From contig JBITAJ010000015.1 in assembly GCA_044440125.1 (NCBI GenBank), forward strand, positions 224,001 to 288,000: a stretch of 64,000 bases of DNA, read 5' to 3'. Source of the stretch: Sedimentisphaeraceae bacterium JB056 (GTDB lineage: Bacteria > Planctomycetota > Phycisphaerae > Sedimentisphaerales > Sedimentisphaeraceae). Shown here piece by piece: positions 61,350 through 64,000 of this stretch. Made by a program: the position numbers and the translations under genes. The notes beneath the pieces are model-generated. The model had not been told where the DNA came from, ran no database searches, and saw only the letters and a list, made by a program, of their open reading frames with translations. Each line of letters begins with the position of its first letter. Position 1 is the first letter of the stretch.

Positions 61350-61955
61350 TTATGTCGTTCCCTGAATGTTTCTGAATTTGTTAATAGCATCATCAATGAG
61401 CTTTTTGTTATCGTCAGCTGTTAGCGTTTTGCTGAAGATCTCACTTCCAAGAGAACACACCATCTCTCCGGCATCATCCCAGAGTGTTTTTCGTGCAGAT
61501 TCGACTGCCTTGTCGATGTCCTCTTTTGCTCTGCTCTTTATACCCTCAGCTTCTTTTTTAGCAGCGTTGATTATATCACCGGCTTTGTTTTGTCCTTTTT
61601 CGACTTCTTTTTCAGCAAGCAATCTAGCTTCATCCTGTGCCGCTGCTATTTTCTTCTCGTATTCTGCCAGTCTTTCGTTGGCAAGTCTTCGAGTTTCTTC
61701 GGCTTTGCTTATCTCTGAAGATATATGGTCTTCACGTGCCTTCAAGCCGGCAAGCAATGGTTTCCAGGCAAATTTCTTTAAAGCGAATAGAAGGACAGCG
61801 AACCATACAAGAGTCCATATTGATTCACCGGGATAGCCGCTGAATACAGAACTTTCTGATGAATGCTCTGCTTCTGCCATAGGTGTTTCCGAGGCAAATA
61901 CGGCTGCTGTGAAAAGCATTGGGTAAACAGCTGTTATATATCTTTTAAGCTGCAT
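61350..61955 (-). CDS. atpF: ATP synthase Fo b subunit
   Basis: WTLV.F..LL..LKKFAWKP....L..RE followed by a coiled coil. Confidence 0.92.
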   Translation of the reverse strand: MQLKRYITAVYPMLFTAAVFASETPMAEAEHSSESSVFSGYPGESIWTLVWFAVLLFALKKFAWKPLLAGLKAREDHISSEISKAEETRRLANERLAEYEKKIAAAQDEARLLAEKEVEKGQNKAGDIINAAKKEAEGIKSRAKEDIDKAVESARKTLWDDAGEMVCSLGSEIFSKTLTADDNKKLIDDAINKFRNIQGTT

Positions 61956-61966
61956 CTACCTACGCC

Positions 61967-62248
61967 TTAAATTACGCTTAACAAACAAATAATTAAAGCA
62001 AACAGTGTAACACCTTCGATCAAAGCTGCAGCAATAATCATACAGGTGAAGATTCTTCCGCCTGCCTCAGGTTGTCTTGCGATAGCTTCTGTAGCGCGTC
62101 CGGCAAGGTTACCGATACCGATACCGGCACCTATTACAATAAGACCGCAAGCCAGAAGACCGCCCAGCATTCCAAGGCCTTTGTCGTCAAGATCAATATT
62201 GACCTCTGCAAGCAATGTAGGTATTACAGTTAATAAAGTTGTAAACAT
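61967..62248 (-). CDS. atpE: ATP synthase Fo c subunit
   Basis: GAGIGIG, ARQPEA, AALIEG. GGAG RBS favours start 62248. Confidence 0.95.
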   Translation of the reverse strand: MFTTLLTVIPTLLAEVNIDLDDKGLGMLGGLLACGLIVIGAGIGIGNLAGRATEAIARQPEAGGRIFTCMIIAAALIEGVTLFALIICLLSVI

Positions 62249-62294
62249 ATTTTTAATCTCCATTTATTAAAATGTTATTTTATACTCGTATCGT

Positions 62295-63077
62295 CTAATG
62301 TTCAGGATGTATTGCGAAGCCTATGAATATTGCGGTCAGGAACGTAAAGATATACGCCTGAAGAAAAGCAACGAATATTTCAAGAAAACTCATTACAACC
62401 GTGAAGCTTATGGAAGCTGTAGCAACCATGAAATTTTTGTAAAGTATTATAAATCCTAATATAGTAGCAAGTAATATGTGACCTGCCAGTATATTAGCGA
62501 ACAGCCTTATAGCAAGAGAGAACATTCTTACAAAAGAACTTATCACCTCAAGACAGAACATTGGCGGCCACATTATCCACGGAACCTTTGGACAGAAGTC
62601 TTTGATATAGTTCTTTATACCGTTTTGTTTGATACCTGCGGCATGGAAGAATATAAAGGAAAACAGAGCAAGAGCTCCGGTTACCCATATATTTCCGGTA
62701 GGAGCACCGTAAAGATGGTTCTTTTTCTGGGTTATGAGCCAGATTATTCTGTCAGAAGGAACAAGTCCAAGAAGGTTCATTGTGAGTATGAAGAAGAAGA
62801 GAGTCCACAATACCATTACGTATTTGTCAGTGTCATCTTTAAGGAAAGGTCGGGCTATCTCTTCGCGGATGAAAACGCATATTGTTTCTATTACGTTTCC
62901 AAATCCTCTTCTTATTATCCGAATTTTTCCTACCGACAAAGGCAATATGATAAGAAGCAGTATAGCGGCAACGCCTATCATAAGCATATGGTTTGTAAAT
63001 TCAAACCAGCCTATCTTAAATAGCGTTTTACTCGCTATCTCCTCGAGGGGATTCGCTGTTATTAATGTTAATCTCAT
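62295..63077 (-). CDS. atpB: ATP synthase Fo a subunit
   Basis: NLLGLVP, LAIRLFANI.AGH, LQAYIF..L. Confidence 0.95.
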   Translation of the reverse strand: MRLTLITANPLEEIASKTLFKIGWFEFTNHMLMIGVAAILLLIILPLSVGKIRIIRRGFGNVIETICVFIREEIARPFLKDDTDKYVMVLWTLFFFILTMNLLGLVPSDRIIWLITQKKNHLYGAPTGNIWVTGALALFSFIFFHAAGIKQNGIKNYIKDFCPKVPWIMWPPMFCLEVISSFVRMFSLAIRLFANILAGHILLATILGFIILYKNFMVATASISFTVVMSFLEIFVAFLQAYIFTFLTAIFIGFAIHPEH

Positions 63078-63495
63078 TTTTCTTGTCTGCGAAAAAGTCT
63101 TTCTTTGTCCACTGGTGTTTTTTGATATATCTCATATTCAGAGAAGTATCCACCGCCAAGAACATGAAATAAATTATGGCAGTCCATATTAATAAAACAT
63201 GCTCTATCAAATTCGAGTTTTTCAGTACCGCTACTATAAAAATACCCATTAAGAGTATTCTCATAGCGGATCCAATCATAAATACAGCTATGAAACTGTT
63301 GAATTTCCGCTTATCCACCAGCACATAAGGTACTAACGATATGAGCCAGCTTATTGTAACGGCAGCTATCGCAAATCCGCATTCTTTGGACGAACCGCTA
63401 CCGATATAACTACTAATTCTGTAAATAAACGTCAGAATAAAGTATGCAATCAGTCCGCAAGAAATTACTTTGGTGAAATTTATCTTCTCTGACAT
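63028..63495 (-). CDS. Four-TM membrane protein, AtpI-like
   Basis: Hydrophobic ORF directly upstream of atpB, overlapping it by 50 nt. Confidence 0.6.
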   Translation of the reverse strand: MSEKINFTKVISCGLIAYFILTFIYRISSYIGSGSSKECGFAIAAVTISWLISLVPYVLVDKRKFNSFIAVFMIGSAMRILLMGIFIVAVLKNSNLIEHVLLIWTAIIYFMFLAVDTSLNMRYIKKHQWTKKDFFADKKNEININNSESPRGDSE

Positions 63496-63547
63496 ATCAG
63501 AGTACCTTCAGTATTGCAGAACCTGCGCATCTTCGAAAACATCAGCT

Positions 63548-64000
63548 TCAAACCCCTAATAAAGCCGGATTTCCAATAGACGTTATTTTATTATAGCGTC
63601 TGTGAAGTAAAGTGTCAACGTCTATATTTTTCAGTTCATTCAAAGTTTTTGTAATGTACATTTCCATATTGTACACTGTTTCGTTGATGTTACGATGAGC
63701 GCCGCCGAGTGGTTCGGTGATTACATCGTCAACAACTTTCAAATTCAACAGTTCCTTACTCGTAAGCTTAAGTGCCTCGGCAGCTTCATTTGCTTTTGAG
63801 CCGTCACGCCACAATATAGCTGCGCATCCTTCGGGCGAGATCACCGAATAATAAGAATATTCAAGCATAGCGAGTTTGTCACCAACTCCTATTCCAAGCG
63901 CGCCGCCGCTGCCGCCTTCACCTATAACTATAGATATTACAGGTACTTTCAGCCTTGACATTTCCATGAGATTGTAGGCGATAGCCTGTGCCTGGCCGCG
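63548..64000 (-). CDS. accA: Acetyl-CoA carboxylase carboxyltransferase alpha subunit (5' end outside window)
   Basis: GQA.AIA.NL, IGEGGSGGAL, YSVISPEGCAAILW, EPLGGAHR. Frame is open to the window edge. Confidence 0.95.
   Translation of the reverse strand, partial: RGQAQAIAYNLMEMSRLKVPVISIVIGEGGSGGALGIGVGDKLAMLEYSYYSVISPEGCAAILWRDGSKANEAAEALKLTSKELLNLKVVDDVITEPLGGAHRNINETVYNMEMYITKTLNELKNIDVDTLLHRRYNKITSIGNPALLGV

Overview
A gene-dense, moderately AT-rich bacterial chromosome segment. The protein families (HYExAFE protein, dockerin-like 'DLNGDCKVN..DL..W' tail, several secretins) suggest a planctomycete of class Phycisphaerae/Sedimentisphaerales; this is inference only. The right half (31.6-64 kb) is mostly housekeeping: ilvD, proA, prmC, xseB, cobO, murD, pyrF, ruvB, tsaE, thiL, argH, cysS, dxs, ispA, miaA, a complete F1Fo atp operon, partial accA and tRNA-Leu(TAG). 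The left half is more accessory: ycjX/ycjF, NUDIX, two tandem lipoprotein secretins with long coiled-coil tails, a TolC/multicopper-oxidase/ferric-reductase cluster, rseP plus two GT2 genes, HU, Csp, RtcB, GH89, an ArsR-linked CoA-disulfide reductase-rhodanese-TusA-DsrE fusion, AraC plus GH2, a small low-GC islet and tRNA-Arg(CCG). I saw no CRISPR array, transposase, integrase or rRNA. The two most unusual signals are (1) the orphan secretin pair with about 240-300 aa coiled-coil C-terminal extensions and (2) a near-perfect 25-bp DNA palindrome inside the yhcG/DUF1016 nuclease gene, encoding its linker. All family assignments come from motif recognition by eye, not database searches.
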